Source: an uncultured Eubacteriales bacterium (GTDB lineage: Bacteria > Bacillota > Clostridia > Christensenellales > Aristaeellaceae). Taken from it: a stretch of DNA of 64,000 nt. Shown one piece after another: positions 19,877 to 28,872 of this stretch (positions within the stretch are counted from its first letter, which is position 1; every line of letters begins with the position of its first letter). The notes beneath the pieces are model-generated. The model was not told the DNA's origin. It searched no databases and saw only the letters and a program-made list of their open reading frames with translations. Made by a program: the position numbers and the translations under genes. Where the stretch lies: positions 107,211 to 171,210 of the forward strand of contig ONCV01000002.1 in assembly GCA_900316415.1 (NCBI GenBank). The letters run 5' to 3'.

Positions 19877-20325
19877 CCGCCGATTCCTTTCTCCGGATCC
19901 TCTTCCGGGACGCCTTCCCGCTTTCCCCGCTCCGCCACCCAGGAAAGGAAGGCGCCATAATCCCGGATATAATCGGACTCGTCGTACAGCTGGTCCGCCA
20001 GAACCATCAGCACCGCGTCATCCGAAAAATCATGCATCACCCGCCAGATATCCGAGGACAGGTACAGCCCCCGGTTCGGCCGGTCCAGCACCACGGTCGC
20101 CTTCTCCGTCCCGTTGTCCAGCGAGATTTTGCAGCTTCCCCGGACACAGATCAGCACCTGCTTCAGCGTTTTGTGCGCGTGAAAGCCCCGGCTGATGCCC
20201 GGCTGGGTATTGTACATGAAATAGCAGCGGCGGATCGTGAAGGGAATGTTGCGGTTTTCCTCCAGCGCGATCAGGATTCCCCGCTCGTCCCCGTGCTCCT
20301 CAAAATCAAAGGTTGTAATCTCCAC
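19873..20325 (-). CDS. dTDP-4-keto-6-deoxyglucose 3,4-ketoisomerase (FdtA/QdtA cupin)
   Basis: GTG start with GAGGAGG RBS; DERG.L..LE..IPF.IRR.Y, RGFHAHK, Y.ESDYIRDY..F; the ORF-track N-terminal extension is spurious. Confidence 0.9.
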   Translation of the reverse strand: MEITTFDFEEHGDERGILIALEENRNIPFTIRRCYFMYNTQPGISRGFHAHKTLKQVLICVRGSCKISLDNGTEKATVVLDRPNRGLYLSSDIWRVMHDFSDDAVLMVLADQLYDESDYIRDYGAFLSWVAERGKREGVPEEDPEKGIGG

Positions 20326-20345
20326 CCCCGGAGCCTCCTCTGTCC

Positions 20346-21722
20346 TTATTTTCCCATCAGCACCCCGAATACGCCCATTTCCGTCAGGTCGTCCAGAATC
20401 GCCTGGCAGGCCGTGGTGGGGATGCCCACCAGAAAGCGGATCATTCCCTGCAGCAGGGGCTCCACCAGATCCGGCAGGAAGGACTGAATCTGCGTATCGT
20501 TGGACACGAACAGATCCAGCATGTTCTCCGGCTCCTCCTCCGCGCGGATGTCCGCCAGCACCTCCCCTTCGCGGGGCAGCAGGCTTCCCTCCAGCGTCAG
20601 CATCTCCGCTCCGGGCTCCATCTCCACGGTGGGTTTCCGGACCGTGACGGTCACGTGCCCGTTTTTCTCCCCGGTCAGATACGCGGAGAAGCCGGCGTTC
20701 GGAAGCAGGGTTCCGGTCAGGTTCAGGCTCAGAAGCGAGCTGCAGTCCATGGGCCAGACCGCCGGGAAGGAGGTCAGGGAGGCCTGCAGGTTCACCAGAT
20801 CCGGCTGCGCCAGCTCCTGCCCCAGAATCTGGGCGTTCAGCCGGCAGGTATACCAGTTTCCGTCCCGGTTTTCCGAAACGGAGAAAGCCGGAAGATACCC
20901 GGTTTGCATCTGCGGAAGAAACACCTCCCGCGAGGCGGAGGACGCATCCAGCTCCTCCCGGAAGATATCCCCGGTGGCCGTACGCCAGACCGTTTCCCCT
21001 TCCTGCTGCAGAATCCGGATTTCCCTGTCCTGCGCGATCTGCCGCGTGAAGTAATCCGGAATCTCCGCCAGGAATCCCCGGAAGGCTTCCTCCGCGTCCG
21101 AATCCTTGCATAGCGCGTCCGTCAGCATTTTCAGGGGCTCATCCCGCTCCAGCCGGTATTCCCAGCATTCCCGGAGGAAGGTCACCGCCTCCGGCGGAAT
21201 CACATCCTGCTCATCCCGCTGGGTCACCATCCAGCCCCAGTCAATCAGCGGCAGGTTCAGGCAGTATTTCCAGGTATAGGGGAACAGCAGCGCCGGATAC
21301 TGCAGCGGAATCCCCAGATGCTCGGACATCTTCGTGCAGAACCCCAGCATGGAGAAGTTGCTCAGCTTCACGGTCTTGTCCCCGAGCAGGCCGGAAGTCA
21401 GGTACATCAGATCCTCCGAGCCCCGGATCCGCAGATCAAAGGCGCCGGAGGGCGAGGCCTTCGGGATGATGGAAAGGTTCAGGTCAAACAGATCCCCTTC
21501 CTTCGCGGTCAGGATCGAGCCCTTCACCTCCATGGCGTCCAGCAGGTCCGCGTATCCCTGGATTCGTTCCGCGGTCTGATCCGTGAAGGCGTCCGTGTGC
21601 ATGAACATGACGAAGTCAAAATCGTATCCGGTTCCGGGAATCCCTTCCCCCTCTTCCGCGTCCGCGGAGAGAATCCCCGCCAGAAGACAAAGCAGCAGCG
21701 CCAGGGATAACAGCTTCTTCAC
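20346..21722 (-). CDS. Exported hypothetical protein
   Basis: GTG start with GGGAGG RBS; signal peptide MKKLLSLALLLCLLAGILSADA; acidic mature part, no family recognised. Confidence 0.65.
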   Translation of the reverse strand: MKKLLSLALLLCLLAGILSADAEEGEGIPGTGYDFDFVMFMHTDAFTDQTAERIQGYADLLDAMEVKGSILTAKEGDLFDLNLSIIPKASPSGAFDLRIRGSEDLMYLTSGLLGDKTVKLSNFSMLGFCTKMSEHLGIPLQYPALLFPYTWKYCLNLPLIDWGWMVTQRDEQDVIPPEAVTFLRECWEYRLERDEPLKMLTDALCKDSDAEEAFRGFLAEIPDYFTRQIAQDREIRILQQEGETVWRTATGDIFREELDASSASREVFLPQMQTGYLPAFSVSENRDGNWYTCRLNAQILGQELAQPDLVNLQASLTSFPAVWPMDCSSLLSLNLTGTLLPNAGFSAYLTGEKNGHVTVTVRKPTVEMEPGAEMLTLEGSLLPREGEVLADIRAEEEPENMLDLFVSNDTQIQSFLPDLVEPLLQGMIRFLVGIPTTACQAILDDLTEMGVFGVLMGK

Positions 21723-21755
21723 CGTGCCCGGCCTCCCTTCGATATTTCGGCCTTT

Positions 21756-21784
21756 ATGATACCCCAGTTTGCCGCATTCCGCAA
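21756..21784 (-). promoter_or_regulatory. sigmaA-type promoter (leftward arm of divergent pair)
   Basis: TTGCGG-17nt-TATCAT on the minus strand. Confidence 0.55.
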
Positions 21785-21828
21785 GCCTTCCCCCGAAATG
21801 TCCCGCCCGCCGTCCCGGAACGGAAGCC

Positions 21829-21857
21829 TTGTCAACCGGCTGGGAAAGGCATATAAT
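21829..21857 (+). promoter_or_regulatory. sigmaA-type promoter for the plus-strand cassette
   Basis: TTGTCA-17nt-TATAAT. Confidence 0.8.
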
Positions 21858-21936
21858 GAAGGAAGCCCTCCGGCCCGGCCGGAGGAGAATGCTCCCCGGC
21901 GAACGGCTTCGCCGGAGATTCTGAAAGAGGTATCGC

Positions 21937-22884
21937 ATGTCCCTGATTTCCGTGATTCTGCCTTCCTACAATGAGGAAGAAAACATTCACCGGGCCGTGG
22001 AACGGCTGTCGGAAACCCTTTCCCGGGAAGAGGTGGACTGGGAGCTGGTGTTCGTGAATGACGGCTCCCGGGACGGGACCTGGCAGCGGATCACGGAGGA
22101 GGCGAAGGGCAATCCGCATATTACCGGCGTTTCCTTCTCCCGAAATTTCGGGAAGGAGGCCGCAATCATGGCCGGCCTGGCCACCGCGAAGGGCGACTGC
22201 TGCGTGGTCATGGACTGCGATCTGCAGCATCCGCCGGAAACCGTGGTCGAGATGCTGCATCTGTGGCAGCAGGGGTACGAGGTGGTGGAAGGCGTCAAAC
22301 GCAGCCGCGGCCGGGAGAGCCGCCTCCACGCCCTCCTCGCGGGAACCTTTTACCGGATCATGAGCTCCGCCACCCGAATTGATATGTCCCGCGCTTCCGA
22401 TTTCAAGCTGATGGATCGGAAGGCGGTCAACGCCCTGCTCTCCCTGCCGGAGAAGAACGCCTTCTTCCGCGCCCTGTCCTCCTGGGTCGGCTTTAAAACC
22501 ACCAGCGTGGAGTTCGACGTGCGGGAGCGGGAGGCGGGCACCTCCAAGTGGAGCTCCCGGAGCCTGGCCGCCTACGCGATCCGGAATATTACCTCCTTTT
22601 CGTCCGCTCCGCTGCAGATCGTCACCTTCCTGGGCCTGATCATGCTGCTGCTGGCCGTTGCCCTGAGCATTCAGACCCTGATCCGTTATTTTTCCGGCAC
22701 AGCAGTGGAGGGCTTCACCACCGTGATCCTGCTGATCCTGCTGATCGGCAGCCTGCTGATGATCTCCCTGGGCATCATCGGCTATTACCTGGCACAGATC
22801 TACAAGGAACTGAAGGGACGGCCCCGTTACCTGATCTCCGAGGTGATTTCCGGGGGAACCGAAAATCCGGATGGGACGAAGTGA
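21937..22884 (+). CDS. GT2 glycosyltransferase, GtrB/YkcC-like undecaprenyl-P sugar synthase
   Basis: LPSYNEE, VNDGSRD, SRNFGKEAA..AGL, MDCDLQHPP, two C-terminal TM, GYYLAQIY.E.K.RP.Y. Confidence 0.9.
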   Translation: MSLISVILPSYNEEENIHRAVERLSETLSREEVDWELVFVNDGSRDGTWQRITEEAKGNPHITGVSFSRNFGKEAAIMAGLATAKGDCCVVMDCDLQHPPETVVEMLHLWQQGYEVVEGVKRSRGRESRLHALLAGTFYRIMSSATRIDMSRASDFKLMDRKAVNALLSLPEKNAFFRALSSWVGFKTTSVEFDVREREAGTSKWSSRSLAAYAIRNITSFSSAPLQIVTFLGLIMLLLAVALSIQTLIRYFSGTAVEGFTTVILLILLIGSLLMISLGIIGYYLAQIYKELKGRPRYLISEVISGGTENPDGTK

Positions 22885-22932
22885 CGCCAGCGCTGTTCCG
22901 GAGGCTGAGGCGGGGAAGGAAGGAGTTTTTCG

Positions 22933-24396
22933 GTGGCATTTAACACGTATGTTTTTATCTTCGCCTTCCTGCCCCTTTTTCTGCTGGCCTGTTTTACCCT
23001 CGGCCGCAGGGGGCTCCGCGTCCGGAAAGCGTTGATCATTCTGGGAAGCGCGGTCTTCTATCTGGCAGGAGGATGGCAGAGCGCGGCGGTGCTCGCCGTC
23101 AGCCTCGCGGTCAATTATGCCCTGGCCTTCCTGCTGCGGGGGAAGCCCGGGAAGCGGGGGCCGCTGGTGCTGGGGCTGCTGTTCAACGCCGGTCTCCTCT
23201 TCGGCTTCAAGTATCTGGACTTCGCGGCGGACAGCCTCCGCCTGTTCGCGGGGGAAAGCCCCGCCCGGCTGAACCTCTGGATGCCCCTGGGCATCAGCTT
23301 CTTCACCTTTCAGCAGATCATGTACCTTGTCTCCGTGAAGCGGGGCGACATCGAGGTCCGGCTTTCGGATTATCTGGCCTTCGTGCTGTTTTTTCCCAAG
23401 CTGATCATGGGGCCGCTCATGGAGCCGAAGGAGTTTCTCGCGCAGCTGAACGATTCATCCCGGGTCCGCCCGGACTGGGGAAATCTGGCCGCCGGGCTGA
23501 AGCTGTTCAGCCTGGGGCTGTTCAAAAAGGTGCTGCTGGCGGATACCTTCGCCCGGGCCGTGGAATGGGGCTTCGTCCACGGCGTCACCACCGCCGCGGG
23601 GCCACCCACGGCAACCTCCTACGACCTGCTGCTGGTCATGCTCTGCTATACCTTTCAGATCTACTTTGATTTCAGCGGATATTCCGATATGGCCATGGGC
23701 GTCGCCCGGATGATGAACCTGGAGCTGCCCCTGAATTTCGATTCCCCCTACCGGACCGTGTCCGTCCGGGATTTCTGGCACCGATGGCATATGACCCTGA
23801 CGTCCTTTCTGACAAAATACATCTACTATCCGCTGGGCGGAAGCCGGCGGGGAACGGTCCGCACCTGCGCGAACATCCTGCTGGTCTTTCTGATCAGCGG
23901 GCTCTGGCACGGGGCCAGCTGGACCTTTGTCCTCTGGGGCCTGCTCCACGGGCTGCTGCAGGTGCTGGAGCGGCTCTGCGAAAAGGGGCTGAAGCGGATT
24001 CCGGCCTTTCTCCGCTGGGGAATGACCTTTCTTTCCGTGAATCTGCTGTGGATGCTGTTCCGCGCGGAAAGCGTCCGGGACTGGCTGGGGATGATGGGCC
24101 GCATGCTCAGCCTGAGGTACCGGGTCATCAGCGACGGCCTGATCCGAACCTTCACCCTCCCGGAAGGAACCTTTCTGTCGCGGAGCCTGCACCTGACCCA
24201 TCTGACCGACCGTCTTCCCGGCCTCTGGATGGGGCTCTTTCTCGGCGCGGCGTTCCTGATCTGCCTGCTTCCCGGCAACAGCGCGCGGCGCATGGAAAAG
24301 CAGACTCCCTGGAACCTGATCCTCTGCGCGTTTCTCTTCGTCTGGGCGGTGCTGTGCCTGGGCGGAGAATCCCTGTTTGTCTACAATCAGTTCTGA
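22933..24396 (+). CDS. MBOAT family O-acyltransferase (AlgI/DltB-like)
   Basis: PLGISFFTFQ, LGLFKK.LLAD, QIYFDFSGYSDMA, NF.SPY, FW.RWHMTL, SGLWHGA. Confidence 0.93.
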   Translation: MAFNTYVFIFAFLPLFLLACFTLGRRGLRVRKALIILGSAVFYLAGGWQSAAVLAVSLAVNYALAFLLRGKPGKRGPLVLGLLFNAGLLFGFKYLDFAADSLRLFAGESPARLNLWMPLGISFFTFQQIMYLVSVKRGDIEVRLSDYLAFVLFFPKLIMGPLMEPKEFLAQLNDSSRVRPDWGNLAAGLKLFSLGLFKKVLLADTFARAVEWGFVHGVTTAAGPPTATSYDLLLVMLCYTFQIYFDFSGYSDMAMGVARMMNLELPLNFDSPYRTVSVRDFWHRWHMTLTSFLTKYIYYPLGGSRRGTVRTCANILLVFLISGLWHGASWTFVLWGLLHGLLQVLERLCEKGLKRIPAFLRWGMTFLSVNLLWMLFRAESVRDWLGMMGRMLSLRYRVISDGLIRTFTLPEGTFLSRSLHLTHLTDRLPGLWMGLFLGAAFLICLLPGNSARRMEKQTPWNLILCAFLFVWAVLCLGGESLFVYNQF

Positions 24397-24412
24397 GAAA
24401 GGAGGCGGCCCC

Positions 24413-25552
24413 TTGAAGAAGATGAAAAAAGGATGGGTTTCCGGTTTTCTGCTGCTGGTCGTTTGCGCGCTGGGAGCCGCCGCCCTCCTGGTCTTCCGGG
24501 TGGATCCCTTCTTTCATTACCACGCTCCGGATACAGACCGGTACTTTTATCCGCTGGACAACCAGCGCAGCCAGAATGACGGTATCCTCCGCCATTTTGC
24601 CTATGACGGTCTCATCACCGGAACCTCCATGACCGAAAACTGCAGCGCCTCCGAAGCGGAGCGTCTCTTTGGCGGCCGCTTCGTCAAGGTCTGCTACGAG
24701 GGCAGCACCTTTTATGAAACCGCCGCTGCCATCGCGAAGGCCGCCGCCCTGAATCCGGAGCTGAAAACGGTCATCCGCGGGCTCGATATGGATATGCTCC
24801 AGGAAAAGGCGGACCGGCGGCGGACGGATCTGGGCGATTTCCCGGATTATCTGTATGACAGCAACTGGTTCAACGACCTGGAATACCTGCTCAACCGGGA
24901 TGTGCTCTTCACCCGGGTTCTTCCCATGCTGCAGGAAAGCCGGCGCCCCGGCTTCACCCCGGGCATCACCTCCTTCGATGATTATTCGAACTGGATGGGG
25001 GATGGATACGGCTTCGGCTCCCACGCGGTCTTTCCCGAGGGGCTGACCGATCTCGGGCCGCAGACCCCCGTAGCGCTGACGCAGGAGGAGGCGGACACGA
25101 TCCGGGAGAACATCCGGCAGAACGTTGTGCTCCTGGCCCGGGAGCATCCGCAGATCACCTTTTACTGCTTTTTCCCACCCTACAGCGCCGCCTGGTGGCT
25201 GGCCTGGCGGAACGGGGACGGGATCGCGAAAAAAGTGGAAGCGGAGCGGATCGCCATTGAGGAGATGCTGACCTGCGGCAATATCTGGCTGTTCTCCTTC
25301 AACAGCTGTCCGGAGATCACCACGAATCTGAATTTTTACAAGGATATGAATCATTACGGGGAATGGATCAACAATCTGATTCTCCGGCGGATGGCCGCGG
25401 GGAAAAACCGGCTCACCCGGGAAAACTATGCCGCCTGCCTGGAGGCGGAATATGAATTCTATCAGAACTACGACTATTCCCGGCTGATCCAGCAGGAGGA
25501 TTATGCCGACGATACACAGGCCGCGGAGGCCGCGATGCGGCTGGAGCCGTAA
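24413..25552 (+). CDS. Membrane-anchored SGNH-like protein (DltD/AlgJ-type acyl-transfer partner)
   Basis: TTG start after AAAGGAGG; N-terminal TM; GTS motif and C-terminal KDMNHY (DxxH); follows the MBOAT gene. Confidence 0.65.
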   Translation: MKKMKKGWVSGFLLLVVCALGAAALLVFRVDPFFHYHAPDTDRYFYPLDNQRSQNDGILRHFAYDGLITGTSMTENCSASEAERLFGGRFVKVCYEGSTFYETAAAIAKAAALNPELKTVIRGLDMDMLQEKADRRRTDLGDFPDYLYDSNWFNDLEYLLNRDVLFTRVLPMLQESRRPGFTPGITSFDDYSNWMGDGYGFGSHAVFPEGLTDLGPQTPVALTQEEADTIRENIRQNVVLLAREHPQITFYCFFPPYSAAWWLAWRNGDGIAKKVEAERIAIEEMLTCGNIWLFSFNSCPEITTNLNFYKDMNHYGEWINNLILRRMAAGKNRLTRENYAACLEAEYEFYQNYDYSRLIQQEDYADDTQAAEAAMRLEP

Positions 25553-25597
25553 GGCCGGCGCCGGAAAACGGGCCGTGCCCATCCCATGAAGCCTTTC

Positions 25598-27151
25598 TCA
25601 GAAATTCACAATCAGCACATCCCGGATGACCTGGATGGAGCCCGGATCCGGATAATGCGGCAGCGCCTTTACCTCCGGCAGCTCCTCCAGCTCAAAGTTC
25701 CAGGAATAGACCGGCGTGAAGCCGCACCAGCGCTCCATCACGCTGACCCAGGCATAATCGCTCAGGAATTCCTGCGTATTGTACTGATAGGGCATGATCG
25801 TCACGGAATCGAACTCCGGAATATGCGTCACCGTCGGATCCGTCACCTTCCGGCCGTTCAGGAAGAGCACGGGACGATCGGCACGGTAATCCTCCGAGCT
25901 TTTGATCTGCGTGATCAGGGTCGTAAACCAGGAGATGGCCTCCTGCTGTTCAAAGGTGATCTTCAGATAGCATTCGTTGGCGTGGCGGGCATACAGAAGG
26001 CAGGTTCCCCCCAGCACCAGGGCGGACGCTCCGGCCAGAACGCGGCGTAGCGGGGGAAGCCGGAAATCCCGGTTCCGGTCCAGCAGAAAAAGGAACAGCA
26101 GGATCTGCAGCACCTGCGCGTAGGTCATCAGCCCGTGAACCTCCTCGCCCATGACGAAAATCAGGTTCACCGCCGCCGGAAAGGCCGCCAGCAGCAGGAT
26201 TGCCGGCAGGCTTCGGATCCCGTTCCGCTTCCAGGCGCGCGCCAGCAGGCGGGCGGCCAGAAGCAGATCGCCCAGGAGCATGATCTGATAGAAGGTATAC
26301 AGCCTGCCGGGATACATGTCCCACTCGGTGCCCCGGGACGGCAGGAAGAATTCCCGGTACGCCCTGCCCAACCGGGCCAGATAATCCGACAGGGTGGCGG
26401 TTCCGACCTCGCTCAGGCCCATATAATTCAGCATCTCCACCTGGAACCGGTTCAGGAAATACCGGTTGGCCAGCAGATAGAAGCCCATGGCCGCCGCCAT
26501 GCAGACCAGCTGAATCAGAACCCGCTTCAGGAAGCCGGACAGGGGCTGATCCGTCTCCAGCGCCGTCCGGAGGTCATCGAGGATCAGGATGGCCGGGATC
26601 AGGGGAAAATACGCCTGATAGACACCCACGGAGCAGCCGCCGAGCACAATCGCCGCCGCCCACGCCCACCAGCGGTTGACCCGGCAGAGCAGCCAGGCCG
26701 CCAGCACCGCGGCCAGCATGGCGAACATATAAAAATGCAGCGTATACACATAGGCAAACAGGCCGGTGATTGCGGGAAACGCCACCATCGCGCACCCCAG
26801 CGCAGCGCAGCAGCCCAGGCTCCGCAGCTTCAGCAGATCCGTCAGGAGGCAGGCCGCCGCCGCGATGCACAGGATGCCCAGAAAGCCGTTGTACATCGGC
26901 AGGCTGAAATGCCCGTCCAGATAAAAAATTTTCTCCAGCCAGGCCAGAAGATGCAGCATCCAGCGGCCCGAGGTCACAGTGCCGCCCACATCAAAAAGAA
27001 ACCGGATATCGTCATGGAAGGACAGCTTCTGGAACAGGGCCGTTCCGTGGGCCAGAATTCCGAAGATCAGCGCGCTGAGCCCGGCCGTCCGGATCTGCGG
27101 GGAAATATGGCCCGCCCAGGCGGGTTTTCTGTTTTCCGGGACATGCTCCAT
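25598..27151 (-). CDS. GtrII-like glucosyltransferase domain protein (GT-C)
   Basis: FHDD..TSGRW, GVYQAY, multiple TM followed by a soluble C-terminal tail. Confidence 0.75.
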   Translation of the reverse strand: MEHVPENRKPAWAGHISPQIRTAGLSALIFGILAHGTALFQKLSFHDDIRFLFDVGGTVTSGRWMLHLLAWLEKIFYLDGHFSLPMYNGFLGILCIAAAACLLTDLLKLRSLGCCAALGCAMVAFPAITGLFAYVYTLHFYMFAMLAAVLAAWLLCRVNRWWAWAAAIVLGGCSVGVYQAYFPLIPAILILDDLRTALETDQPLSGFLKRVLIQLVCMAAAMGFYLLANRYFLNRFQVEMLNYMGLSEVGTATLSDYLARLGRAYREFFLPSRGTEWDMYPGRLYTFYQIMLLGDLLLAARLLARAWKRNGIRSLPAILLLAAFPAAVNLIFVMGEEVHGLMTYAQVLQILLFLFLLDRNRDFRLPPLRRVLAGASALVLGGTCLLYARHANECYLKITFEQQEAISWFTTLITQIKSSEDYRADRPVLFLNGRKVTDPTVTHIPEFDSVTIMPYQYNTQEFLSDYAWVSVMERWCGFTPVYSWNFELEELPEVKALPHYPDPGSIQVIRDVLIVNF

Positions 27152-27168
27152 GTTGATTCTCTCCTTTT

Positions 27169-28833
27169 TCAGTTCATCCGGATCCGATGCTCCCGCAGGT
27201 CGAGCAGCACCGTTCCGTCCGCGCCGGCTTCTTCGTTCGGGGCGGATGCCGCTCCGAGAAGCCGGAAGCCGCGGCCTCCGCGCAGATAATAATCCGCCAT
27301 GTATTCATGATAGCCGGTGGCCTCCGGGGCATTCAGCAGAACCGTGACCTCCCGGTCCTTCGGAATCTCCCCGCCGCGAAGCGTATCCGCAAAGGCCCAG
27401 GCATCCGGAAAATCCCGGTATTCCTCCTCCAGCGGCGCCAGGCGCGTCATATTCATGCCCAGCGCCAGCGCAAGGAACCCCGCGGCCAGAACCAGGAGCG
27501 CCCTGTTCTTCGCGCCTCCCTCCCGGAAAACGGCGGGAGCGGTTTTGGCGCCGCAGAAAAGCAAAACCCCCGCCAGTGCGCAGATCATGGTGCCGTTGTA
27601 GCGGATGAAGTCGCCCCCGTTCTGGGCCAGGATCTCCCCGATTCCCATGCTGCAGAAATACATCGCCAATATGCCGGCGTCATACAGGAGCAGGGCAAGG
27701 GCGCCCAGGCGCAGCACGGGCTGCACGCGGCTCCGTTCCGCCCGGGGGAGCGCAAGGCCCAGGCACAGCAGGGCGGGCAGGAGCCAGAGGGCATGGTTCT
27801 TCATCGGGGAGAAGGCCACGGGCAGCAGGACGGAAAGAATGCTCCCCAGGTCCCCGAGCCGGCTTCGCAGCGTCCCGTAATAAACCGAAAGGGACATGAA
27901 ATGCTTTCCGTAATCCGTGAAGGTCAGTTTGAGATGCACCCGCCAAAATAGATAGGCCAGAAGCGGGAGCAGCAACCCTGCCAGGCCGAAGGACAGCTTC
28001 GTTTTCCGGCGGAAGACCCGGATCAGAATCAGTCCCAGCATGCCGAGGGACAAAAACAGGCCGCTGTTTTTGATCAGGGTGCAGCAGGAAAGAATCAGGC
28101 CGAGCTCTCCCCCGTGCTTTCCCGTCTCCTCCCTGTGTTTCAGCAGCAGCAGGGCGGCGGCCAGGAAGGACGCGCCGAGCAGGTTGTCCACCGACAGGGT
28201 ATCCAGCGGCGTGGTATAGAACCAGAAGGCGGGAATCAGCAGGGTGATCAGCGTCCTCCCGACCCATCCGTCTCCCGGGGCGGCCTGCAGCGCCATCAGG
28301 AAGGAGAGCAGCATCACCGCCTGCGAAAGCAGCAGCGTCTCTCCGGCGTCCCCCGCCGCCTTTCCGCAGAAATACAGGAAGCAGGCGGTTCCCGGCGGAT
28401 AGCTGGGAAACATCATTCCGTCCTCCGGAAGCGGAAGGCGGTCTTCGGAAAGCAGCACCCGGGCGGCAAGGCCCCAATGGGAGAAATCATCATAGCTGTA
28501 AAGAAAATGCCCCCGGAGCAGCACGGCCGCGAGGGCACACAGCGCGCAGAAGGACCCCATCATCCAGACAAAGGGCCGGATTTCCCTTCCGTTTCTGTTT
28601 TTCAGGTCTTTCCGGAGAAAAGGAACGCCAAACCCGGCAAAGCAGGCGATGCCCAGCCACAGCAGCGCCCCGGCCGCCTGCGGAAGGACGCCCAGCAGGC
28701 CTCCCGCGCAGAGGGCGACGGAGATCAAGCTCACGGTTACCGCAGGATAAAAGGCGGGATGAAGCTCCCTCCGGATAAACCGGAGCGCCAGAAAAAAGCC
28801 GAGCAGCGAAATCAGAACAGGCAGCCCATTCAC
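27169..28833 (-). CDS. Polytopic membrane protein, putative GT-C
   Basis: YSYDDFSHW, YPPG, L.VDNLLG, IKNSG, RYN; paralogue of 47884-49611. Confidence 0.6.
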   Translation of the reverse strand: MNGLPVLISLLGFFLALRFIRRELHPAFYPAVTVSLISVALCAGGLLGVLPQAAGALLWLGIACFAGFGVPFLRKDLKNRNGREIRPFVWMMGSFCALCALAAVLLRGHFLYSYDDFSHWGLAARVLLSEDRLPLPEDGMMFPSYPPGTACFLYFCGKAAGDAGETLLLSQAVMLLSFLMALQAAPGDGWVGRTLITLLIPAFWFYTTPLDTLSVDNLLGASFLAAALLLLKHREETGKHGGELGLILSCCTLIKNSGLFLSLGMLGLILIRVFRRKTKLSFGLAGLLLPLLAYLFWRVHLKLTFTDYGKHFMSLSVYYGTLRSRLGDLGSILSVLLPVAFSPMKNHALWLLPALLCLGLALPRAERSRVQPVLRLGALALLLYDAGILAMYFCSMGIGEILAQNGGDFIRYNGTMICALAGVLLFCGAKTAPAVFREGGAKNRALLVLAAGFLALALGMNMTRLAPLEEEYRDFPDAWAFADTLRGGEIPKDREVTVLLNAPEATGYHEYMADYYLRGGRGFRLLGAASAPNEEAGADGTVLLDLREHRIRMN

Positions 28834-28872
28834 CGGTTTTCCTCCTTTCCTCCCGTCCTTCCCGGCGCGGTC

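Noticed and set aside
20326-21111. 412-aa ORF implying a long N-terminal fusion on the FdtA cupin
   Set aside because: The extension overlaps another gene in a different frame; a GTG with a GAGGAGG RBS at 20325 gives a normal-sized FdtA.
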